DNA of 64,000 bases, from contig JYFJ02000319.1 of the NCBI GenBank assembly GCA_000934665.2, forward strand, positions 62,001-126,000, given 5' to 3'. The stretch is from Catajapyx aquilonaris. Its lineage: Eukaryota. The notes beneath the pieces are model-generated. The model ran no database searches. It saw only the letters and a list, made by a program, of their open reading frames with translations, and was not told where the DNA came from. The position numbers were made by a program, and so were the translations under genes. Shown here piece after piece: positions 12,914 to 24,900 of the stretch (position 1 is the stretch's first letter; each line of letters begins with the position of its first letter).

Positions 12914-15900
12914 ATGGTGCAGTTCCTATGGCCATTGTTGGCTTTTCTTCTCACCTCAATTCTCCCTGCACAAGGAGAAATACACAGTAAGTACTACGCT
13001 GTTATTGAGTTTTACATCATTACAATCATCATGAAAAAAAGGTGTACCTGCAATGTACAGTAAGGTATTGCTTGTCAGTTCCATTAAGCTACAACATCCA
13101 GCTGCATTAGTCAGAGGCAGAGAAGCAACTCTTGACCTCACTACGCACTGCAGGTGTGGCTTTTTTACTGATGATAATCGTTTTCTACTTGTCATTGCTC
13201 TGTCAATATGGTGTATGGAGTCTAGGCTCCAAACAAGTTAATACCGTAGTAAGAATTTCCACCTTGATGCACTACCAAACCCTCTTTGTGATGTCCCACA
13301 CATGAAGCAATGCATATTTACAGGAACACTTTGCATATCAATAAAAATAGCATTTGTTCACTTAGGGCCGGTTTCACCGAGCTCAGTATATGATAAAACC
13401 AGGGTATTTCTCAAAATCCCTATCTATTTGTATGGATTTTCCTAAAGAAACCTGGTTTTATCATATACCAAGCTTGGTGAAACCGGCCCTTACTTAGGTC
13501 CAGTTGCATGAATTAAATACCCAGTAAAGGGAGAATCTAATAGTAAAGGCAAATTTCTTAAAATTCTCTCATAGTTAGGAGTCAGTTAGAATGAGAGCAT
13601 CACACACATTAAGCAAACAGCCAATTTGGAAATGTGCTGTTTTCCTTCTGATGTGTTCCAAAACTGTCTACCTGTCATGCTTCCCATACCCTATTGTTGG
13701 TTCAGTCACATCACTGACATGGCCCAACAGAACTGCCCCGACACTGGATGCAACGGGACAGCCAATCAAAGCAGCATTTGCACTTGACTGCTCAGATCAC
13801 TCCCCATCTTTGTGTGCAAAATCACCCAATTTGCAGGGTCATGTTGAACTTATCCGCCATCTCTTTCTCCCCAATTTCAACAAGGGATCGGTCCAGACAT
13901 GCCCAAACCCCTTGCTGCATGGCTGACACACAATTTGCATGGTAGTCCAGGCAGGTCCACAGAGAAATAATGTCGTACAACATGTAGTAAGACAAGATTC
14001 CAGCAGTGTTAGGAGATAATGTAGTTTTTTATCATGAAATGTCTGGAACTCAAGATGTGTTTAAGCAAAATTTCAATGGAGATTTGAGCAAATGTGCACA
14101 CAGACACAGCTTTCTGTATTTATGCAAGATTTTGTGCCCAGAAAATGCTGGAGTTGGGGACACTCTTCATTCATTCATTTTTCCCTCCACCATTGCAGGT
14201 GCATCAGTTAAAGCAAATTATAACTATTTATACATAAACAAACTCTGTAGTTATCCTTTACAATGTTCATGCTCAGGCTTTCAAAGGTAATCTAGTTACG
14301 ACACTAATTAATGAACTGATTCCAATAAGAAATTATTGCAAAGAACACTTGATATTTGTGGCATGCTTTAAAATAATAACTAAATCCTCCTATAGCCCAT
14401 ACTGGTAGAGGGGGGGGGGGAGAGGGAGAGGGAGAAAGAGAGAACAGCTATGGTCTCAAGCTGTCAAGTCACCTCGGTGACCCCTTCACATGGCATTCCT
14501 TTTATCACATCCAATTGATGTAATATTCTCCTTGCAAATGCAATCTCAGCTCACTCTTTAAATGTGGGGCACAAGATGGATCACAAGGCAATGACAATGA
14601 ACTAGTGACAAATGCGCAAAAGAAATTCATCCGAAGGTGATAGTCAAACACTGCATTCAGAAATGCTCATGCAATACCAATCAGTTTAAAAGAAGTGAAT
14701 AACAGTCACTTTACATAATACACCCTGTGCTATTCTCCCTTGTAAATTGTCATTCCTATGCATGCCACAGCTCATGAAGGTAAGCTCATGCATAAGGTTC
14801 GCTCCTCAACACCCGTGCAACAGGGAATCACTCAGAATAAACGACCAGGACTTTGCTCAGCTACTGCTGCCACAAAGATTTTTGCAGGGACTATGTTTAG
14901 GTTATCCTGTCAAGTCTGACGTGGTGTACCTGGTAATTGTCAGCTGAAAAAACCTGATGTCTGTAGCGTACAAAAGATTTATTATTTCAGTCACTTTTTT
15001 TCCATGACGCAAACCTAGACCACAAAATGCGAAATATTACAATCCTTGCATTTGAACATACTGTACAGATACAAAAGTTGCCAAAGGCCCAAAAATGAGC
15101 AGGACTGGCTACTGTCGGAAACTACAACAACAGTTCATTTTGTTTCACACATTCACACCCTCCACTTGCAACAAACCATTGCCCAAGGTATCAGGATTTT
15201 TTCCCCTCACAGTTTTTATCTACATAGTAGCTGAGAGAAAAAAAATAGTCATTAATATTGTGAAACCTTTAACACAAGCCACTTCAAATGAGGTTACAAT
15301 ACAGTAGTGATCTCCTCTGCGCTGGTCATGATTTTCTGGGTCACCTACAAGGTAACCTCAACCAACAATTACTAAAATACTATACCCATAGGGAGCTCTC
15401 CACCCCCTTCCTGTCAAAAATTACCAACTATCAGATCTGCACTGTTTGCGTTATTATTGTTATTAAATTAGCTGAAAATAGAAGGGCATTGCTTGTAGTC
15501 CATAGGAAACATGTTCTCCGACTCAAACGATTCCTTCAGTTACTGCCCACATTTAGGGCACTTGCATAAGTCCAGTAGAGAAGCAGGCACTAAATCACCC
15601 CTCACTTGCCCATACCCTCCCGCCCCCACGTGACAAAAGAAAAGTCAGAGTTCAAATAATCGCGCACACACTCACACTCAATCGTGGACATCCCCGTGGC
15701 TATGGGAATGATGGCATTCCTGAATGAGGCTGGCTGGGTAAGACATGCCTCAGAACATCTCCAGGTTTCTGCCCCAGGTATCCTGCTGCAGGCACTGCCC
15801 CTAATCCAGGTTGAGAGCCTCCTGGGTGAGCATGACTGGGTTGGTTGTGGTGGTGAGGTGACGGAGTGGAAGAATGCAGAGAGGAATGAATGGAGGATGG

Positions 15901-18900
15901 GGACGTGTGGTGGGAAGAAGAAGAAGAGTGATGATGTGGGTGGTGGTGGTGGTGGTGGTGTTGGTGATGTGGGTGGTGATGCTGATGGACTGACGATGAG
16001 GGAGATGTGGTTGAATGGGCTGCAAGCGATGTCTCAAAGGATGGGTACTGTGAGGAAGTTGGTAGTTTGCTGGTGGCAGGGAGACCTGTTGAGTAGATGC
16101 TCTTGTTTGGCGACGTGTTCAACCTGTGGGATTTAAAAAAAGTCAATCATTAAAGGCATCAATCTGTGCTCAGTAACTACTGCTTACATTTTCATGATCA
16201 AATTTTTTCAAAGCTAGGCTATTACCCGGTATAATTAGGCAGTGCACAGGACAACAGTATTGTCACTTCTTAGGCTACTAGACCACAAAACGGAAAATAA
16301 TTCATAGCTTGCCGTGATGCCACCCAGTTACATCACTGAAAGACTTAATATTAATGTTCTCAGGCTCTCATGAATATAACAACCTGCTTCATATCGAAAA
16401 CATACATTGCTATAGACAGCTAAAAATTTTAAAGAAATAGAATCTCTGTTAAGAATAAAAGGCAATGGTGGTGTGCAACTACAGTATCCTTATGCTTCTA
16501 TGCCGAACATTAAAATAGGCGATTGCCTGGCTGACTTTGAAATCATGCAATGATAGCATATGGTATTCGCTTTTCACTGACCTGGACACAGTAACACCAG
16601 CACTGCTGATGGCCATGTTGAGAGGTGGCTCGTCATCCTTGTTGGCCTGAAGATGCTTGTGGAATGCATCCTGGAAGCTGTAGAATGCCCCTGGCAGCTC
16701 ATGTGCTGCTGTTGTGTGAGCTGGAGGAGCTGAATGCTGAGCGAGGCTTGCCAGCTGAGTTCTCCACTTGTCCTCCTCTGCTTTGGCATCCTGCTTCAAT
16801 GACACAGACTTTGGCGACGGTTGAGACGCCACTGCTGGTTTGTCCACTAGGGACACAGACAAGGAACCTTTACTGAAGATGCTGGTTGAGGTCATTGGTC
16901 GGCTGTAGGCACTCCCATGTGTAATGGTGTGGACCTGAGATGAAGAGCTGCCAACGTCTGACTTGTTCTGTCCAGATATCTCGCATAGCCTCTGCACAAC
17001 ACGATTCACCTCCTGCTCCACTGAGATGTTGTCCTCTTCTGGTTTCTTTAGAGCCTTGTCACTCCAACCACCTGATGATGTCACTATCACCGTTGGTGAT
17101 GCTCTTGCAGCAGCTGCCTTGTTGATCATTTCCTGCTTAGGCTTTCGATATTCTGGCTGGGACTGCTGCGGCTTGGGTGATGGCTGTCCCGATGGATATC
17201 CAACTAATGTGTTTCGAATTATTTGGGATAGCATGTCCGCCATAATTGGTACACCTGTTGGCTTGGTGACAGCTGGCACTGGTGGTGGTTGCGGTTTGCT
17301 AGTGGGTGGTTGAGTGACTGGCGTCTTGGTCACTGTCACTGACTGGGTTGGCAACTGTTGTGTCTTGGTAAGTGACATCACCGGCTGTGGTTTGGCAACA
17401 GGCACAGCTGTGTGCGCTTTAGAGATTGCCATCGCTGGTTGCGTTTTGGCAATGGACATCAATGGCTGAGTTTTGCTTACATTAGGCTGCATCACAGGTT
17501 GGGTTAGGGTAATAATGGGTTGTGTCACTGTCGAAGCCTTGGATATGATTGGTTGTGATACTGACTGGGTCATTGAAATGATAGGTATAGTCCCTGAAGC
17601 TTTGGAAGCAGGCTGTATTACAGGTGGTTTGGTGATGGATGACTGAGTCACCAATGGTTGAGGCTTTGTCACCAATGGTTGAGGCTTAGCTTGCTGGGAA
17701 GCAGGTGGCAGAGGCGGTGGGGTTTTTGTGATGGTAACAGACTGACACACTGATGATTTGGCAACAACAGACTGTGTAACAGCAGGTCTGGAAGTCACAA
17801 TTGGTGTGACAGCAGGTTTGGCAGTCGCAATGGTTCTGCCGAAAGGTTGGTGCCTTGCCACCTCTGCAGGGTTCACTCGTACTTCCCGCACTGTCACAGT
17901 GACACTTCCCGTGTTAAGCACTGAACCAACTGATTCACTCTCAGTGCTGGCAGGTACCTTGAGCAGGTCCAGTTTTGGTGCTCCTGGAGTCACTGGTGTG
18001 ACCACTATCTCCTTTGACAACTCTCCATCAAGGATTGGCTTGGGGTGTGGCACTGGTGAAGGGGTCACTGAAGTTACTGTCACTGGAGTTGGTGTCACCG
18101 AGGGAGTAACGGGTGAAGATTCAACTTTCTCCACTTTCACATGTATTGGTGGTGATAGAGCTGGTGTCTCAACAGGACTGGCAACCCTTTTGGCAAGGGC
18201 TTGGTTGCGCCTGGCTAATTTCGATGTAATATGTCGGTGGCCATCCTGACTCAGGACGTACAGTTCATTTGCGTCAATACTCTCTGGCCACAAGGGAACT
18301 ACACTCTCAGCAAGGAAGCTTTTGATGTATTCCTCTGCTGACTCCTTGCGGCTCTTGGATACCTCGTAGCACTGTGCTTTGGATCTCGCCACCTCACATA
18401 AGAGCACCCTAACTGATTCAGATAGAATGCCATCTTTGGTAATCGCTTCACGCAGCTTCTGGAGTGGCTCAGATAACTTTCGTTCGGCAGCTTCTATCAC
18501 CAACTTTTTTGCTCGCTTCAACAGTGTGTCTTTGGTGCAGGGCAAGTAATGGGCTAGGTGAGAAAACACCATTTGGCGTTGTGCACATGACAATTCTCGA
18601 GATTTGCGATCCGTGACGAGAAGCATCCGATTAACTTCCGGCGAAAAGAAGCGGCACTTACCCTCAGCCGATTCCTTTGCCGCAGTTTTTAATGATGCAA
18701 TTGTGTCTCTAAGCTCAACAGGAAGTGAGTCTGGTAGTATTGTCTCATGAGTGCTGCCAGTATCAGTATTGTCCTCTGATTCACTTCCATCGAGAGAACC
18801 CGAGGAGAGTTCCTCAGGTGACACAGGTCGTGCTGCACTCACTACAGACTCAATGGCAGCTGATATGGACGCCATTCGCTTCTCGTCATCACTGCCAGCC

Positions 18901-21900
18901 TTCCCTTCCCTCTCCCGCTTCTGCTGCAACAATGCTTTCACTGTAAATGCCTTCTTACGCTTCACTAACCCATCTATAGCTTTCTTCTTCTTGCGAATCA
19001 GACCACCATCCTTCACCATCTGCTTCAGGTACAGCCGATCAGCGTCTGACTCCAGCTTGGCTCGTTTTGGCATCTCCTCCTCTGCCTCCTCTTCACTTTC
19101 TTGCTCATCATCCGACACAATACGCTGCTTGCGGCGCTTTTTTGACTTCACTTCCTGGGACTCGTCCGACTGGTCTGAAATTTCCACCCTTTTGAACTCT
19201 AGTGCACCAGAGTTGATGTAAAACCCCCCATGAGCTGTCGTGACATCCTCTGGAACAATCTCATCGTAAGCGTCAGTGTTGTCAATGAAAGTGTCATTCT
19301 CATCGTAACCTGCACCCAAGTCCACATAATCCTCAAAGCGCCCGCAGCGGGGCTTCTTCCCGCCATACTTCTCTTCAAAGTGCCGTGCAATCCCACGCAG
19401 CTTGGCGTCCTCCTCCACATCGAGATCCATCCCGTTGGCGTGTGCCGCCTCATCCTTCTTGTCCTCCCTGGCAGCCTCCCGCTTGAGTCTGTTGCGCACT
19501 AGCTCTGCATAGCTGAATTCCGGGCAGCTGAGTTCGTTGGACTCTGTGAGAGTGAGCACAAAGCGGTAGGTCTTGGGTGTCTCCTTGGCCTTCTTGTCCT
19601 TCCGGCTGGAGCCCAGCTGGGTCAGGCTCACGCGGCGGGGCTCTCCCATCTCGTCCAGTCGACTCTCCAACTGCGAATACAACAGTCAGAATCGGCCCGA
19701 AACGCTGCCCGCGTCAAACCCTGTTTTGTTGTTGTTGCCTTCCTCCCCTTACCCCCTCCTTGACGATGCGTTGCCTTTCCGTCCGATGATGATCCGTGCG
19801 GGTAGGACTCAGCCTCCTCTGCAGTCCGCTGGCCGACTGATCCGTCTGCTGTAGCTGGGTGCAGTCCGTCCCTCTCCCGTCCTCCTGGCGACGAGGGCAG
19901 GGGGCGACGACGGGAGGAAGAGAAGCGAGTCGTTCGACGCGGCCATCTTGCTCCTGTGACGTAAGCAGCCGAACAGGAAGGAAGAAGCGCGGGAGGGCCA
20001 ACAGCCAGATTACGCGCCACTGCAGGGGTGCCAACAGTCGGACATGGGGAGGGGGGGGGGAGGGGGGAAGGGGAGGTTGGGGGGGAGGGGTCAATAATCG
20101 AATTTCGCGGTTCTTTCAAAATTATTATTCCAGACGCGACAGCTGGTTCATATTTGTGCCAAGGTTTATACACCGGTGCACTGGTGTACTGTACAGTACA
20201 ATCCTACAATGTACATCAAGGTGATTGTGTGAGATTTTATTGGGGCTCATGCAGGCTTATCTTATTTACAGATGACTTGTGCATGCTCCCTGCTGATCCT
20301 GGAGTGTGCAGATCTACATTAGAGCGGTACTATTACAGTGCCAAGGATGACAAGTGCCATCAGTTCACCTATGGGGGCTGCCAGGGGAACAAGAACCGAT
20401 TTGAAAGTGAGGCACAGTGCATGGAGACATGCTCCCCAACTGGTAAGTATAATAATATTGTATACGAGTCTAGAGCCTTCCAATAAGAGTGTAATACTGG
20501 ATAATGCTATTTGTTGCAGCTTCCATGGATCGAGAGAAGAGAAAGCAGCAGGTTAGAAACATGCAGATATACAGGGATGAAGCACTCACACTGGCTGAGG
20601 GAGAAGGCAAAAGAGTATTCACCTTTGCTGAACCTGAATCATTCATTCAAGTTGATGCCATTGAGATACCGGACTTCCAGCTGAGGTAGGCAATAATGCA
20701 GTGTAGAATTGTATATGGTGCTGTGGCGCAGCTTTTCATAACAGGACTTATAATAATTTTGAAAATCACAATGTCTCATACTACTTTACTCTGACAGTAT
20801 AAAAACATTTTCAAGTGGGATATTTAAAAAATGTATACTATAACTTCCGTTTACTGTGTAAAAAAAATTGCCATAGTGTGTTATTTAGGCCCACGCACCT
20901 TCAAAAGCATACACTCAAGAGCAAACCTCCCTTCATCTCAATTATATGTCTCTTCTAGGGCAACTCGGGAGATTTCATTCCTATTCCGCACACGCCTCCC
21001 CCATGGACTGCTGTTGTATCACAGTATCAAAAACAAGCCAGCAGACCTGCACAATTATGAGCTGTACGTGATGCTGGACCAAGGGCAGGTGAAAGTGCTA
21101 CACCTCTTTGGCGATTTCCACACTGTGCTTGTGGTAGGGAAGGGTCTCAACAGAGACAAGTGGCATCGGCTCAAGATACTGGTGTCTCCAGGGGAAGCTG
21201 AGCTGTCAGTGACTGTGGACAATGCATCTGGAGTGAAGGCACTGGCTGGTCTAGAGGTCTATCCCTTCTATGGCGTAACTGATCATGTTGATTCCATTGT
21301 ATTTATTGGAGGGCTGAACACAGATGAAACGCAAATTGAGATCAGCTTCTTTGCCAACCCATTTGTGGGATGCCTCAAGAACATTACTTTCAGTGCTGGT
21401 AAAGATGGCAACACATTATCTTCCATAAATCCTTTAGTTGCATTTAAGCACCGGAACATAACGGAAAATTGTCAGAACAGGTAGGCATTTATCACGATGA
21501 TAGTCATGCAGTGGTAAAAGGCTCTTCTTGCAGGTGTCACACCAGGGAAAATCTCTGTGTCCATGGTAGCAGGTGCATCAACCATTACAATAGAGTGACC
21601 TGTGATTGCTTTGGCACACGATATGAGAGCGAGCATTGTGATTATGACAGTAAGTGATTGATGTACCGGTACTGAAATATGTTGCTTTCACTCATCTGTA
21701 TGTTGATATGATCATACAAGTTCGTCTATATGTTAACAGATCCATCCATTGTTACCCTTCGAGGATTTTCATTCATTTCTTACACTGTGTATGACTGGAT
21801 GGACAGAGTTCACTCTGACGCCAATGTTGTCAGTATGATGTTCAAGGTCTGTAATGTGGCGACATTATTTTTGTACTCTATAGCTGTCCATATATTGCCA

Positions 21901-24900
21901 ACTTACTGGTTTTTTTCTTGCAGACAACGTTTGATGATGCAGTCTTATTCTATGCATCAGGAGAGCTTCCAGAACACAACCACATTGCTGCATCATTATA
22001 TAATGGTTCAGTGTATGTTGAGGCTCATTTTGGTGATGGTTCTATGTCTGCAACATTAGGACAGGACTTAGACACAGGGTCTTGGAACAACCTTACGATA
22101 CGTCACCGGGAGAAGAATATTACCTTCGTCCTCAATGACTATGAAGAGACTATGGAAATTGCAGGGGATGCATTCCATCTCATTGTGGATCCTGAGATAT
22201 ACATTGGTGGATACCCAACTTCAGGGAGTTTCAAGCAGAGGCAGGGTCTCATCTCATCCAAAACCTTTGTAGGCTGCCTGAAGGAGGTTTACTTCAATGA
22301 TTTTTCCATTATTTATGAACTCAAAATGGGGAATTCAAAAGTAAAGCATCATGGGCTGACAAAACCAGAATTGGGGCAGTGCCAGGTAAAGTAATAAGCA
22401 TCTTATTGCTTCAGTGCATTTGTGATGACTTCTGGTAATATCCTTAGGAGGTGGAGACCATACCCGTAACATTCCCATTTGCGGATTCGGGCCTTTGGTT
22501 CACAAACAGAGAGCATGGCAAATTCTTCCTCCAGTTTGAATTTAAGACAAATCTCACTTTGGCTGTACTGGCTTCAGGCCACATTCATATGGCAGATGGT
22601 GATGCTTATTTTGAGGTAAGTTAAGGCTGCTTTTTATTATTCGATGTTGAATTGATGCTACTCATCTTTTTTGCACAGATGAGGCGCGTGGACACTGAAC
22701 TGCTGATTATCATAACTTATGATAGTCCCAAAAACGCTACTACTCCACCAACATTTGTTCGAACCAAGCTGGACAATATTGACGCTTGGCACTATGTGGA
22801 GTTTCGTTATGTCTATGGCGAGCTGAAGCTCACGGCTGATTTCAGGAACCTCAAGGTGGAACCCTTTCCTAACCCAGGAAACTTCTCCACAAAGATCCTC
22901 ATAGGCACCTCCATTGCTGCCCAGCACCTGGGTAATTTTAGCACCAGCACTCTTGCACTTACCAAATTTGTTGCAAAGTTGTTGTATTGTAATGTCATTG
23001 ACAGGCCTGATTGGATGCATTCGAGATGTCACTATCAACCACAAAGTGCAAGATCCTCGGGGCTTTGTAGGTACAGTGGAGCAAATTGGTGATGTCGCAC
23101 TTGACAACTGCCAGTTCGTAGATCCATGCCAAAGACCCAATTCTTGTGAGCATGGTGGGAAGTGTAAAGTTCATCAGGGCACCACTGTGTGCGACTGTTC
23201 AGACACTGGCTACTTGGGAAAGAACTGCCACTTTGGTGAGTGTTGTACTTTCCTGACATTGTCAAGCTTAGGTAACAATTTATTTCCTGGCAGCCGTGTA
23301 CAAGAGGACGTGTGAAGAATTGGGATTGCTTGGCTACAGTAAAGGAGGAGTGTACAAAATTGACATTGATGGTAATGGTCCCTACCCACCAGCAAATGTA
23401 AGGTGTGACTTTGAAGCTGTCAATGGTGTCACTCAGACCATTGTTGAGCACAACCTGCCCAAGGAAATGGTAAGGTGGATATGTCATTAAGACATCAGGT
23501 GTTCCAAAATGTCACTTTTTCAGGATGTACGAGGGAACTCGTTGGAAGACTTCACGTTTCACATAACTTATCGTGAGTTCTCTCCTGAGATGCTCCAGTC
23601 GTTGATATCACAATCAGTTCAGTGCAAGCAGCTGCTGAGATATGACTGCTATAAAGCACCCCTGGGTCTGCACAGCTACACTTGGTTCAGGTCATCTGCT
23701 GGGGTGGGAATAGTGGACAGCATTGGGGAATCTGAGCGAGGCAGATGTCCATGTTCCAGTGAGTCACTAAATTCTACTCTGTAAACGTCACAAAATATGC
23801 TAATCAATTTGTTATTGATAGTGAACAAAACATGTGTAAAACCAAATACCATGTGCAACTGCGATGGAGTAGAAGAAAAGTGGATTCATGACCAAGGGGA
23901 TTTTGTAAGTCATGAGAGGCTTGGGATCACAGACATGATCTTTGTGCAGCAAAAGAAGTTGATGAAGGATGCAATGGCACGGGTGACACTTGGATCACTA
24001 CAATGTGTAGAAGCTAGTACGTTTTCCTCCATCTCATGTTAATTCAAGTACTAATCCATCTCTTCATTCCAGACACTCAGCGCTATGTGGTTACATTTAA
24101 GACCTTGGGATCATACCTGGAGGTTCCTGCCTGGAAGTCAGGGGAGTTGGCCTTCAGCTTTCGGACAACTGGCGAACGTGCAATTCTGCTATACCAGCCT
24201 CCCCTGCATCCTCAGCACTCTTCATTCTTAGTGATGCTCACATCCAGCAATGACATCACTTTTCACTTCAGAATGAAAGGAAAGTCGTATCCTTCAGTAG
24301 TCAAGTCACCATACAAGCTAAACACTGGAGAGTGGCAGCAGGTCTGGATTGACTATGATGCACATCATGTGAGATTTACACTAAATAGAGAATACCTGAT
24401 GATTGACCTTTCTGCTGGGGACCAATTTGGACCATTTGAAGGCACACTCTATGTTGCTGGGTCACCAGAGTAAGAAATTTACTTCAGCTGTTTACGAGGG
24501 AATGCTATATAATCGTCTCCTTTAGCATGTACCTGGGAGACCTGGAGGTGTCAGAGGGGCTGATTGGATGCTTCCGTGGACTGGTCATCAATGGGCAGGT
24601 TCTTGACCTCTACTCGTACATGAAGTTCCACAGAGCCGACATAGTGAAAGACTGCAAACCCTCCTGTGACTCTGAACCATGTAAAAATGGTGCCACTTGC
24701 ATTGAACACTGGGGCACCTTTGAGTGCGCGTGTGCAAATCCATGGGCTCATTCTGGTCCACTCTGTGAACTAAGTATGCCACATATTACACCTTTCCTTT
24801 CACAGGTAAAATAGGTCCTAACAAGCTATCCTTCTACAGACATCAATCTGGATGGCTTGACGTTCCTGACCACCAGGGCGTACTTGAGGAAAGCCTATGA

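Noticed and set aside
13706..13837. Possible symmetric phase-1 cassette exon in axotactin intron 1 (part of ORF 13591-13926)
   Set aside because: Weak donor (GTCATG) and no recognisable domain. Exons 1 and 2 join correctly without it.
16479..19682. The 1067-aa ORF as listed in the track
   Set aside because: It begins at an upstream TTG and reads through a splice donor. The conserved start is ATG 19649, and the gene probably splices at 16582.
15684..19854. Many plus-strand ORFs overlapping ubinuclein
   Set aside because: They are antisense shadows of a low-complexity coding exon with no independent homology.
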